NCBI GenBank assembly: GCA_016124645.1 | Contig: WGNE01000019.1 | Location: 25,699 to 89,698, forward strand | Direction of reading: 5' to 3' | Length of the DNA: 64,000 nucleotides | Source of the DNA: Alphaproteobacteria bacterium | GTDB lineage: Bacteria > Pseudomonadota > Alphaproteobacteria > Micavibrionales > UBA2020 | Part shown: piece by piece, positions 44,826 through 53,806 of the stretch | How the letters are laid out: every line of letters begins with the position of its first letter | Position numbering within the stretch: the stretch's first letter is position 1 | Program-made: the position numbers and the translations under genes | The notes under the pieces: generated by a model | What the model saw: the letters and a program-made list of their open reading frames with translations, nothing else | Told to the model about the DNA's origin: nothing | Databases searched by the model: none

Positions 44826-45107
44826 ATGACCATGACGAAAAACCTGCTGGCCGTTGCCGTTATCGCGGGCCTGCTGTCCACTGCGGCCCCCGTTATCGCC
44901 TCGGCGCAAGACGGCGGTACGCCTGCCGCTTCCGCTACGCAGGCGCATGAAAAACACCACGTGAAGACAACGGAAAAAAAGGCGGAGAAGTCCGTCAAGA
45001 AATCGGCGAAGAAGCACCACAAGAAAAAGCATCATCACCACAAGAAAAAAACCGAGACGAAAAAATCCACGAAGAAGGGTAGCTCCGCTTCCGGCGTGAA
45101 CCAGTAA
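44826..45107 (+). CDS. Small secreted His/Lys-rich protein
   Basis: Start at ATG 44826, with GGAG upstream. Signal peptide MTMTKNLLAVAVIAGLLSTAAPVIASA. The mature part is ...HEKHHVKTTEKKAEKSVKKSAKKHHKKKHHHHKKKTETKKSTKKGSS. Confidence 0.55.
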   Translation: MTMTKNLLAVAVIAGLLSTAAPVIASAQDGGTPAASATQAHEKHHVKTTEKKAEKSVKKSAKKHHKKKHHHHKKKTETKKSTKKGSSASGVNQ

Positions 45108-45122
45108 TACTTGCACGCATCG

Positions 45123-45158
45123 AAAAACCCCGGCCGGAAAATTCCGCCGGGGTTTTTC
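45123..45158. terminator. Bidirectional terminator between the convergent His/Lys-rich gene and the SDR gene
   Basis: AAAAA CCCCGGC...GCCGGGG TTTTT. Confidence 0.6.
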
Positions 45159-45176
45159 TTTTGTTTTATTCTTCGC

Positions 45177-45941
45177 TCAATTCTTTTTCGGTGCTTTCGC
45201 CACCAGCATGTCGCCGAGGCGGCGGGGCAGGGCGCAGACCAGCATCATCGTCATGCGGAACGACAGGGGGAAGGCGATGACGGGCTTGCCGCGCGCGATG
45301 CCGTCGCGCATTTTGTGCGCGGCGTCTTCCGGCTCCATCAGTCCCGGCATGGCGAAATTATTCGCGTCGGTCAGCGGCGTCTTGATGAAGCCCGGGAAGA
45401 TGGCGCTGACCTTCACGCCGTCGGCCGCCAGCAACGGGCGCAGCGCCTCGGCATAGGCGCGCACGGCGGATTTGCTGACGCTGTAGGCGGGGGCGGAGGG
45501 CAGGCCGCGAAACCCCGCCATCGAGCTCATCAGCACGATATGCCCGCTTTTGCGCGCGCGCATGCGCGGGATGAGCGGGTTCACGGTATTGAAGGTGCCG
45601 TCGAGGTTGGTGGCCATGATCTCGCGGAACTGCGCCTCGCTCTCCCCGCCCGCCTTGCCGGTGCCGCCGGAAATCCCCGCGTTGGCGATGACGGTGTCGA
45701 TGGGCGTCTCGTCGTCCCATGCGGCGAGCTGCTTTTCCCAGCCCTCGCGCTCGGTTACGGGCAGGGCGGCGGTTTTGACGACGGCGCCCTTTTGCGCGCA
45801 GGCGGCGCTGACCTCTTCCAGCCGGGCTTTGTCGCGTCCCGCCAGCAAAAGGGTGACGCCGGGGGCTGCGTATTCCAGTGCCAGCGCGCGGCCGATGCCG
45901 CTGGTGGCCCCCGTGATGAAGATGACGCTTTCTTTTTTCAT
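45177..45941 (-). CDS. SDR-family NAD(P)-dependent oxidoreductase
   Basis: IFITGATSGIGRALA, NAGI, YSVSKSAV. Confidence 0.85.
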   Translation of the reverse strand: MKKESVIFITGATSGIGRALALEYAAPGVTLLLAGRDKARLEEVSAACAQKGAVVKTAALPVTEREGWEKQLAAWDDETPIDTVIANAGISGGTGKAGGESEAQFREIMATNLDGTFNTVNPLIPRMRARKSGHIVLMSSMAGFRGLPSAPAYSVSKSAVRAYAEALRPLLAADGVKVSAIFPGFIKTPLTDANNFAMPGLMEPEDAAHKMRDGIARGKPVIAFPLSFRMTMMLVCALPRRLGDMLVAKAPKKN

Positions 45942-46030
45942 ATTCCGGCTTTCCGGTCTTGTATCGGGCCGATGGCCGCGTTATAAAGTCTGACACAGAT
46001 TCGACACGGTTTATTCATAGCACGCGAAAG

Positions 46031-46711
46031 ATGATGACAGCTGAAAAAATCAGCCCTCTTGCCGCAAGGCCTTTGCCGACCCTGAAACGCAGGGGGGTTA
46101 TGCTTGTGCTGGCCTCCCCGCCGGGCGGCGGCAAGACCACGATTTCGCGCGAGATCATGCGGCTCGACCCCGCGACGACCATTTCCGTTTCCGCCACCAC
46201 CCGCGCCAAGCGCCCGGGCGAGGTCGAGGGCCAGCATTACTATTTCGTCGATCGCCCCGAATTCGAGAAGATGATCGAGGCCGGCGACATGCTGGAACAC
46301 GCGATGGTCTATAACCAGCACCTCTACGGCACCCCGCGCGCGCCGGTCGAAAAGGCGCTGGAAGAAGGGCGCGACGTTTTGTTCGACATCGACTGGCAGG
46401 GCAACCGCAAGCTGGCCGAAATGGCGCCGGACGACGTGGTTTCCGTCTTCCTGCTGCCGCCGAGCTGGGACGAGCTGGCGCACCGCCTGCACAACCGCGC
46501 GCAGGACAGCGAGGAAGAGATCGAGCGTCGCCTCGGCAAGGCGCAGGACGAGATCGCGCATTACAAGGAATTCGACTACGTCATCGTCAACAACGATTTG
46601 CAGGACAGCATCGCCGCCGTGCGCGCGATACTGGAGGCCGAGCGCCAGAAACGCCGCCGCCTGACCGACCTCGACGGGTTCATCGCCACGCTCAAGCCGG
46701 GCGGGCAGTAA
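46031..46711 (+). CDS. gmk: Guanylate kinase
   Basis: Start at ATG 46031. SPPGGGKTTI, SATTRAKRPGEVEGQHYYFV. Confidence 0.9.
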   Translation: MMTAEKISPLAARPLPTLKRRGVMLVLASPPGGGKTTISREIMRLDPATTISVSATTRAKRPGEVEGQHYYFVDRPEFEKMIEAGDMLEHAMVYNQHLYGTPRAPVEKALEEGRDVLFDIDWQGNRKLAEMAPDDVVSVFLLPPSWDELAHRLHNRAQDSEEEIERRLGKAQDEIAHYKEFDYVIVNNDLQDSIAAVRAILEAERQKRRRLTDLDGFIATLKPGGQ

Positions 46712-46732
46712 ATATAAAATTTCCGATAGCGT

Positions 46733-47608
46733 TTAAGACGTCAGCTCGCGGTAGGCGAGGGCGAGGCGCACGAAGCCCGCGACGTCGATTTCCTCCGCCC
46801 GCGCGGTTTCGGGCAGGGCGGCTTTTTCCAGCAACGTCTGCGCATCCAGCCCGTGCGATTTCAAATCCAGCGTCTTCAGGCTTTGCCGCAGCATCTTGCG
46901 CCGCTGGCCGAAGGCCGCGCCGGTGATCTTCTCCATCAGCGAAATCTCGACGTCGTCCGTGCGCGCGCGGGGCGTGAGATGCACGATGCTGGAGGTCACC
47001 TTGGGCGGCGGGGTGAAGGCCTCGGGCGGCAGGTCGAAGACCTTTTCCGCGTGGCACAGCCATTGCGAAAGGACCGAGAGCCTGCCGTAATCCTTCGTGC
47101 GCGTGCGCGCGACGATGCGCTCGGCGACTTCCTTTTGGAACATCAGCGTCAGGCTCTCGAACAGCGGCAGGGTTTTCAGCCAGCCGACCAGCAGGGGGCT
47201 CGCGATGTTATAGGGCAGGTTGGCGACCACCACGCGCGGCGCGGCGCAAATCGCCTCGTAATCCGTCTTCAGCGCGTCGTCGGCGTGCAGCGCCAGCCGC
47301 CCTTCCGCCGCCGCCACCACGTCCTGCAGGGCTTCCACGCAACGGTCGTCGCGCTCGATGGCGTGGACGACATTGGCGTCCGTCATCAAAAGCGCGCGGG
47401 TGAGTCCGCCGGGACCGGGCCCGACCTCGATGACGTTGCGGCCCGCAAGGTCGCCGCAGGCGCGCGCGATCTTGGATGTGAGGTTGAGGTCGAGCAGGAA
47501 GTTCTGGCCGAGGCCGCGCTTGGCCATGAGCCCGTGCTGCGCGATGACCGCGCGCAGCGGGGGCAGCTGTTGCAGCGCTTCGGCCGCTTTATCCCCGACG
47601 GAGGTCAA
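46733..47608 (-). CDS. rsmA: 16S rRNA (adenine1518/1519-N6)-dimethyltransferase
   Basis: TTG start overlapping the surA stop (TTGA). KRGLGQNFLLD, VIEVGPGPGGLT, NLPYNI. Confidence 0.9.
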   Translation of the reverse strand: MTSVGDKAAEALQQLPPLRAVIAQHGLMAKRGLGQNFLLDLNLTSKIARACGDLAGRNVIEVGPGPGGLTRALLMTDANVVHAIERDDRCVEALQDVVAAAEGRLALHADDALKTDYEAICAAPRVVVANLPYNIASPLLVGWLKTLPLFESLTLMFQKEVAERIVARTRTKDYGRLSVLSQWLCHAEKVFDLPPEAFTPPPKVTSSIVHLTPRARTDDVEISLMEKITGAAFGQRRKMLRQSLKTLDLKSHGLDAQTLLEKAALPETARAEEIDVAGFVRLALAYRELTS

Positions 47609-48822
47609 AGGCGCTTGTCGATGAAGGCGCTGGCGCGCAGGTCGCTCAAATATTGCTCCTGCATCTGGCCGAGGCGGTGCATGCCGATCTGCTGGGCGAG
47701 GGCGGCGCGGGTGGCGTCCTCCTTGGAGGGTTTTTTCGCCGCGTCCTGCGTATCGTCCGTACCGCCGTCCTTGCTGTCGCTCTTGTTGTCGTTCTGGGCG
47801 TCATCCTTCGGCGCGTCTTGTGTCTTGTCCTTCGGGGCGTCCTGCGCGGCATCCCCGGTCCCGTCCTGCGCGGCGGCGGCGTCTTCGTCCGCCGACGGCT
47901 TTTTGCCGTTCACCGTTTCGCCGACGATGCGGATGTTGCGCAGGAACAGGATGTCATAGCCCTTTTCGGTGCGGATGGGGTTGCTGATCTGGCCGGGATG
48001 CATCTTGTGCAGCGCGGCGTCGAGCTTGGGTTCCAGCTGGCCTTCCTGCACCCAGCCGAGGTCGCCGCCGTTGCCCGCGCCCGGCGCTTGCGAGAACTGC
48101 CGCGCGACGGCGGAGAAGGGCGCGCCGTGCTTGATCTGATCGATGAGCTTTTCCGCGCCGTGCCGCACCTCGGATTCATGCGCCGCGCCCGGCACGGTCA
48201 GCAGGATTTCCGCGACCTGATAGACGGGCTTGCCCTTGTTCTTGTCGATCATGCTGACCGCCGTGTTGATGTCGCTTTCCGAGACGTTGACCTGCGGGCC
48301 CAGCTTGCGGCGCACGACCTGCGACCAGGCGATTTCCGCGTGGATCTGGTCGCGCAGCGTGCCGAGGGACACGCCGGTTTCCTTCAGTTTCTCCTTGAAC
48401 TGGTCGGCGGTGAGGTGGTTTTGCTCGGCGATATTGGCGAAGCCGCCGTCGATCTGCGCCTTGTCGATGACGATGCCGAGGTTGCGCGCCTCCTGCAATT
48501 GCAGTTTCTCGTCGATGAGCTTGTCCAGCACCTGCTTTTCCATCTTCACGCGCACGGCGGGCGGCGGCTTGCGCGGGTTGCCGGCAAGATAGAGGGCGAG
48601 GCGATTTTCCACGTCCTCCTTGGTCACCACGTCGTCGTTGACGGTGGCGGCGATGGTGAAGCTGCGCGTTTCGGCCTGCGCGGGCGTCGGGGCGGCGGTG
48701 AAAACAGGCGCGGCGGCGAAAAACGCCAGCAGGGCGAGCGGCAGGGTGAAAAGAGCGCTGACCGTTTTTTCCGTTTTGTTCGGCACGGGGTTCTTCCTTT
48801 TGAAGTCTTGTCGAATGACCAT
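47605..48822 (-). CDS. surA: SurA-like periplasmic chaperone / peptidyl-prolyl isomerase with a low-complexity acidic insert
   Basis: Start MVIRQDF... (48822) with signal FTLPLALLAFFAAAPVFTAAPTPAQA. SurA_N-like region. Parvulin domain (GGDLGWVQEGQLEPKLDAALHKM...GYDILFLR). The insert is ...DAAQDAPKDKTQDAPKDDAQNDNKSDSKDGGTDD... Confidence 0.8.
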   Translation of the reverse strand: MVIRQDFKRKNPVPNKTEKTVSALFTLPLALLAFFAAAPVFTAAPTPAQAETRSFTIAATVNDDVVTKEDVENRLALYLAGNPRKPPPAVRVKMEKQVLDKLIDEKLQLQEARNLGIVIDKAQIDGGFANIAEQNHLTADQFKEKLKETGVSLGTLRDQIHAEIAWSQVVRRKLGPQVNVSESDINTAVSMIDKNKGKPVYQVAEILLTVPGAAHESEVRHGAEKLIDQIKHGAPFSAVARQFSQAPGAGNGGDLGWVQEGQLEPKLDAALHKMHPGQISNPIRTEKGYDILFLRNIRIVGETVNGKKPSADEDAAAAQDGTGDAAQDAPKDKTQDAPKDDAQNDNKSDSKDGGTDDTQDAAKKPSKEDATRAALAQQIGMHRLGQMQEQYLSDLRASAFIDKRL

Positions 48823-48887
48823 GAAAATACACCCGTAACGCGCGAAATGCACGTTATTTTCAGGCAATTTTCAGGTTTCGTAAGTCC

Positions 48888-49859
48888 TTACGAAACTTTC
48901 TTTTTTTCGCCGAAAATCCCGCCCGGGCGATAGCTGCAAAGATAGGAAGGCACCACGGATTCGACCGCCGTGGGCGTGACGCCCAGCGCTTCCAGCCGCC
49001 GGCTGGAGAGATGCAGCACGTTGTCCGTGCCGAGGCTGCGGACCTGATCGACGGTCAGCGGCGGCTGCGGCAGCATGCAGGCGGCCGCCCCGATGACCTT
49101 GGCGACAGGCACGGGCAGGGACATCAGGCAGGCGTCCTGCCGCGTCTGTTCCTTCACGATCTGCATCAGCTCGCGGAAGCTATAGACATGCGGGCCGCCA
49201 AGCTCGAAAACGCCCTGCGGGTTCTCGCCCGCGGGCAGCTTGCCGGCGACGAGGTTATAAATCGCCTGCGCGACGTCGCCGACATAGACCGGCTGCATCT
49301 TCGTCTTGCCGCCGCCGATGAGCGGCAGGCAGTGGCTGCGCCGCGCCATCGCGCCGAACATGTTGAAGAATTTGTCGTCCGGCCCGAAGATGACGGAGGG
49401 GCGCAGGATGGTCGCGGCGGGGAAGGCCGCCAGCGCTTTTTCCTCGCCCGCCGCCTTGGATTTCAGGTATTTCGACGGGCCGGTGGAAGACGCGCCGAGC
49501 GCGGAGACATGGATGAGCTGGCGCACGCCCGCCTTCGCCGCTTGTTTCGCGATGCGGCTTGCGAATTCGACATGCACGCGCTCGAAGCTCGCCTTGCCCT
49601 TCTGGTTGAGAATGCCGACGAGGTTGACCGCGACGTCCGCGCCCGAAAGGGCGAGGGCGACGGAAGCGTCGTTATCGAGATCGCAGCCCAGCGGCACGAC
49701 CTGCCCGACGTTGCCCGCGGGGCGCAGGAAATAGGCGCGGCGCGGCATGCGCGTCGCGACCCTGATCGTCGCACCCGTTTTCGCCAGCGCATAGACGACG
49801 TGGCGGCCCAGAAAGCCGGTGCCGCCGAAGACCGTGATGGTTTTGCCGTCGAGTTTCAT
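48888..49859 (-). CDS. NAD(P)H-binding epimerase-like protein (complex I NDUFA9 subunit family)
   Basis: ITVFGGTGFLGRHVVYALAKTGATIRVATR. Confidence 0.75.
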   Translation of the reverse strand: MKLDGKTITVFGGTGFLGRHVVYALAKTGATIRVATRMPRRAYFLRPAGNVGQVVPLGCDLDNDASVALALSGADVAVNLVGILNQKGKASFERVHVEFASRIAKQAAKAGVRQLIHVSALGASSTGPSKYLKSKAAGEEKALAAFPAATILRPSVIFGPDDKFFNMFGAMARRSHCLPLIGGGKTKMQPVYVGDVAQAIYNLVAGKLPAGENPQGVFELGGPHVYSFRELMQIVKEQTRQDACLMSLPVPVAKVIGAAACMLPQPPLTVDQVRSLGTDNVLHLSSRRLEALGVTPTAVESVVPSYLCSYRPGGIFGEKKKVS

Positions 49860-49892
49860 TTTTTCACCTTCGCAGAAAAAGCTTTTTTATTT

Positions 49893-52163
49893 TCACACAT
49901 CATCCGCCAGCGAAACGAAGCTGTCGATGACTTTTTTGCGTCCCGCCTTGTCGAACTTGATGTCCAGCTTGTCGTGGTCGGCGGAAACCACGGTGCCGTA
50001 GCCGAATTTCTGGTGGAAGACCCGCGCGCCGGGGGCGTAGCCGCCTTCAGATTCCTGCGCCGCGCTCACCCGCGGCATGCTGTTGTCGATCAGGGGCGCG
50101 CGGCGGCCGCGCGGGGAATAGCTGTCGTATTCCTGATGCCCGCCGCCATATCCCCTGTTGTCGCGTTGGGGCTGGTAGAGGCCGTTTTCGACCAGCGTCT
50201 CGATATGCTCCTTGGGCAGTTCCTCGATGAAGCGCGAGGGCAGGCTGGCCTGCCAGTTGCCGTAGATCTGGCGGTTGGCGGCGAAATAGATATAGGCCTT
50301 CTTGCGCGCGCGGGTGATGCCGACATAGGCGAGGCGGCGTTCCTCCTCCAGCCCCGTCACCCCGTTTTCGTCCATCGTGCGCTGGCTGGGAAAGACGCCT
50401 TCCTCCCAGCCGGGCAGGAAGACGGCGTCGAACTCCAGCCCCTTCGCGCCGTGCAGGGTCATGATGGAGACCATCTCCGTCTCTCCCGCCTTCTCGTTGT
50501 TCTCCATGACGAGGGCGACGTGCTCGAGGAAGCTTTCGAGGCTCTCGAACTCCTCCAGCGCGTTGACGAATTCCTTCAGGTTCTCGAGCCTTCCGGCGGC
50601 CTCGGGCGATTTGTCCTTCTGCCACATGTCGGTATAGCCGCTTTCGTCCAGCACGATCTGCACCAGCTCGACATGCGATATCCGCCGCGCTTCCTCGCGC
50701 CAGCGGTCGAAGTCGCGCATCAGGACCTGCATGGTCTTGCGCACCTTGGGCTTGAACTCCTCCGTCTCCAGCAATTGCCGCAGCGTGGAATGGAGCGAGA
50801 GGCGCTTGTCGCGCGAGACCGCGTGCAGCACCTGCATCGTCGCGTTGCCGATGCCGCGCTTGGGCGTGTTGATGATGCGCTGGAAGGCGAGATCGTCGTC
50901 CGGCTGGGCGACGACGCGCAGATAGGCGATGGCGTCGCGGATTTCCTGCCGCTCGTAAAAGCGCAGCCCGCCCACGACCTTGTAGGGAATGCCCTCGCGG
51001 ATGAAGCGTTCCTCGAACTCGCGCGTCTGGAAACCGGCGCGCACGAGGATGGCGATTTCGCTCAAGGACCATTTCTTGCGGTGCAGGTCTTCGATCTCCG
51101 CGGCGATCATCTCCGCTTCCTGCGGCCCGTCCCAGACGCCGCGCAGCGCGACTTTCTCCCCCGCGCCGTATTCGGGGTGTTCGGGGCTCCACAATTCCTT
51201 ACCCAGCCGCGCGCTGTTGTGGGAGATGACGCCGTTCGCGGCGGCGAGGATGTGCTGGGTGGAGCGGTAGTTCTGCTCCAGCCGCACGATGGTCGCGCCC
51301 GGAAAATCCTTCTCGAACTTCAGGATGTTCCCGATCTCCGCCCCGCGCCAGCCGTAGATGGACTGGTCGTCGTCGCCCACGCAGCAGATGTTCTTGTGCT
51401 TCTGGGCCAAAAGGCGCAGCCACATGTATTGCGCGACGTTGGTGTCCTGATACTCATCGACGAGGATGTATCTGAACCTTTCCTGCCAGCCCGCCAGCAC
51501 GTCGGCGTTTTCGGGGTCGCGGAAGATGGAGATCATGTGCAAAAGAAGATCGCCGAAATCGCAGGCGTTCAAGACTTTCAGCCGCGACTGGTATTCGGCG
51601 TAAAGCTTGGGCAGCTTGCCGTCCGCCATGTCGCCCGCGTCGGCGGCGGTGAGGTCGCACGGCAGGCGCGCGCGGTCTTTCCAGCGCTGGATGACGGCCA
51701 TGAGGACGCGCGGCGGCCATTTCTTGGCGTCGATGCCCTCCGCCTCGATGAGCTGCTTTAAAAGCCTCACTTGATCGTCGTCGTCGAGGATGGTGAAGTT
51801 GGATTTCAGCCCGGCGAGTTCCGCATGACGCCGCAGCATCCGCGCGGCGAGGGAGTGAAAAGTGCCCAGCCACCAGCCCTCGACCGGACGGGGGCCGTCG
51901 GGCCCGGCCAGCATCTCCGATACCCGGCGTTTCATTTCCATCGCCGCCTTGTTGGTGAAGGTGACGGACAGGATCTGCCCCGGGGCTGCGCGCCCGGTGG
52001 TCAAAAGATGGCCGAGGCGGGTGGTCAGCACGCGGGTCTTGCCCGTGCCCGCGCCCGCCAGCACCAGCACCGGCCCGTCCAGCAGCTCGACCGCCTGACG
52101 CTGGGCGGGGTTGAGGCTGTCAAGATATGTCAAATTTTCTGTCGGTCGGGGTGCGGGCATCAT
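49893..52163 (-). CDS. uvrD: UvrD/Rep-family DNA helicase II
   Basis: Start MMPAPRPTENLTYLDSLNPAQRQAVE (52163). AGAGTGKTRVL, VDEYQDTN, and the typical C-terminal FHQKFGYGTVV region. Confidence 0.9.
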   Translation of the reverse strand: MMPAPRPTENLTYLDSLNPAQRQAVELLDGPVLVLAGAGTGKTRVLTTRLGHLLTTGRAAPGQILSVTFTNKAAMEMKRRVSEMLAGPDGPRPVEGWWLGTFHSLAARMLRRHAELAGLKSNFTILDDDDQVRLLKQLIEAEGIDAKKWPPRVLMAVIQRWKDRARLPCDLTAADAGDMADGKLPKLYAEYQSRLKVLNACDFGDLLLHMISIFRDPENADVLAGWQERFRYILVDEYQDTNVAQYMWLRLLAQKHKNICCVGDDDQSIYGWRGAEIGNILKFEKDFPGATIVRLEQNYRSTQHILAAANGVISHNSARLGKELWSPEHPEYGAGEKVALRGVWDGPQEAEMIAAEIEDLHRKKWSLSEIAILVRAGFQTREFEERFIREGIPYKVVGGLRFYERQEIRDAIAYLRVVAQPDDDLAFQRIINTPKRGIGNATMQVLHAVSRDKRLSLHSTLRQLLETEEFKPKVRKTMQVLMRDFDRWREEARRISHVELVQIVLDESGYTDMWQKDKSPEAAGRLENLKEFVNALEEFESLESFLEHVALVMENNEKAGETEMVSIMTLHGAKGLEFDAVFLPGWEEGVFPSQRTMDENGVTGLEEERRLAYVGITRARKKAYIYFAANRQIYGNWQASLPSRFIEELPKEHIETLVENGLYQPQRDNRGYGGGHQEYDSYSPRGRRAPLIDNSMPRVSAAQESEGGYAPGARVFHQKFGYGTVVSADHDKLDIKFDKAGRKKVIDSFVSLADDV

Positions 52164-52342
52164 TATGTCAGCTGTCGCCTTCCTCGCGGTTGTACGGAAA
52201 TCACATGACTGTATAGCAAAGATAGGCGGAACCATCCGCAAAAAAAAGCGTATGCATATCATAACGGTCTTGTGCTTGCTGCGGCGCAGGTATAAATATG
52301 AAAGCAGTGAATTTTTACCTGTCTTTCCAAAGGAGTTATGAC

Positions 52343-52837
52343 ATGGGTGCCCGTATTATCAGCCTTCTCGCCGTTCTCGTCCTCGTTGCCGGCTGCTCGC
52401 ACCAGCCGAAAGACACGGGCACGGTCTCGACCAACGGCGACATGACCTCCACCATGGCGCCCGCCGGCGCCGGCCCCGCCGCGGGCACGGAGCAGGACCT
52501 CGTCGTCAACGTGGGCGACCGCGTTTTCTTCGGCTACGACCAGTACGACCTGACGCCCGACGCCCGCGCGACGGTCGAAAAGCAGGCGCAGTGGCTGAAA
52601 TCCTATCCCAACGTCAACGTCATGGTCGAAGGCCATTGCGACGAGCGCGGCACGCGTGAATACAACCTCGCCCTCGGCGAGAAGCGCGCGACCACGGTCC
52701 GCAACTACCTCATCGCCAACGGCGTGGCGCCCAACCGCATCCAGACCATCAGCTACGGCAAGGAACGCCCCGCCGTGCTGGGCTCGGACGAAACCGCCTG
52801 GGCGCAGAACCGCCGCGGCGTGCTGGTCGTCCAGTAA
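52343..52837 (+). CDS. pal: Peptidoglycan-associated lipoprotein Pal (OmpA-like domain)
   Basis: Start at ATG 52343, with AAAGGAG upstream. Lipobox LVAGC. VEGHCDERGTREYNLALGEKRA. Confidence 0.9.
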   Translation: MGARIISLLAVLVLVAGCSHQPKDTGTVSTNGDMTSTMAPAGAGPAAGTEQDLVVNVGDRVFFGYDQYDLTPDARATVEKQAQWLKSYPNVNVMVEGHCDERGTREYNLALGEKRATTVRNYLIANGVAPNRIQTISYGKERPAVLGSDETAWAQNRRGVLVVQ

Positions 52838-52857
52838 CGGCTTGATGTAGCGACGTT

Positions 52858-53802
52858 ATGCGCAAGACAATCGTCAAACACGCCAAATCAGGGCTCCTGC
52901 CGGCAAGCGCAGGGGCCCTGCTGGCGTTTTCCGTCTTCTTCACGGCCGCGCCCGCGCAGGCGGGCTTCAGCCAGAACCAGGACAACGCCCAGCTCGTCGC
53001 GCGCATCAACCAGCTTGAAAACCAGGTCCAGACCTTAAGCCGCGCGGTCTATCGCAGCGGCGCGGTCTCCATGACCGGGGGCGGCGCAAGCGCGGGCGGC
53101 GGCGATTCCGCTTCCGCCAGCATCATGACGAATTTCGAGGACCGCCTCAGCCAGCTCGAGCAGCAGCAGCGGCAGATGACCGGCCAGCTCGAGCAGATGA
53201 CCTATCAAATCCAGCAGATGCAGCAAAAGCTGGACAAGGCGCAGGCCGACAATGAAATGCGCCTGCAGCAGCTGGAAGGCGGCGGCCATGCTTCTTCCGG
53301 CAGCGCATCGTCCTCGACGTCTTATGCCGAGCCCCCCGTCACCGCCTATCAGGGCGGCGCCCATACCGCGCAGCGCGGCAAGCTTTTGGGGACGATGAGC
53401 TCCTCGGGCGGGCCGGACAATGCGGAAACGCTCTACCAGTCGGCCTTCGCCGACGTGCGCGCGGCGCATTACGAGACCGCGGCGGGCAAGTTCCGCGACT
53501 TCATGGGCAAGTACCCGACGCATCCGCTGGCCTCCAACGCGCAATACTGGCTGGGCGAGACCTATTACGTGCGCGGCGACTACCACGAGGCGGCCAAGCT
53601 TTTCGCGCAGGACTACCAGAACTACCCGCAGGGCGGCAAGGCCTCGGCCAGCCTGCTCAAGCTGGGGATGTCGCTGGCCAAGCTGGGCAAGAAGGGCGAC
53701 GCCTGCCTGTCCTTCAAGCAGCTGAAGAAGGAATTCCCGGCCGAGCGCTCGCCGGAGAACCGCGCCGCGGACGAGGAAATGCGCAACCTCGGCTGCAACT
53801 GA
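52858..53802 (+). CDS. cpoB: Tol-Pal system protein YbgF/CpoB
   Basis: Signal peptide, Gln-rich coiled coil, and a C-terminal TPR region (YQSAFADVRAAHYETAAGKFRDFMGKYPTHPLASNAQYWLGETYY). Confidence 0.85.
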   Translation: MRKTIVKHAKSGLLPASAGALLAFSVFFTAAPAQAGFSQNQDNAQLVARINQLENQVQTLSRAVYRSGAVSMTGGGASAGGGDSASASIMTNFEDRLSQLEQQQRQMTGQLEQMTYQIQQMQQKLDKAQADNEMRLQQLEGGGHASSGSASSSTSYAEPPVTAYQGGAHTAQRGKLLGTMSSSGGPDNAETLYQSAFADVRAAHYETAAGKFRDFMGKYPTHPLASNAQYWLGETYYVRGDYHEAAKLFAQDYQNYPQGGKASASLLKLGMSLAKLGKKGDACLSFKQLKKEFPAERSPENRAADEEMRNLGCN

Positions 53803-53806
53803 TAAA

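Noticed and set aside
49011-51761. 916-aa plus-strand ORF
   Set aside because: It is antisense to uvrD and the NDUFA9-like gene.
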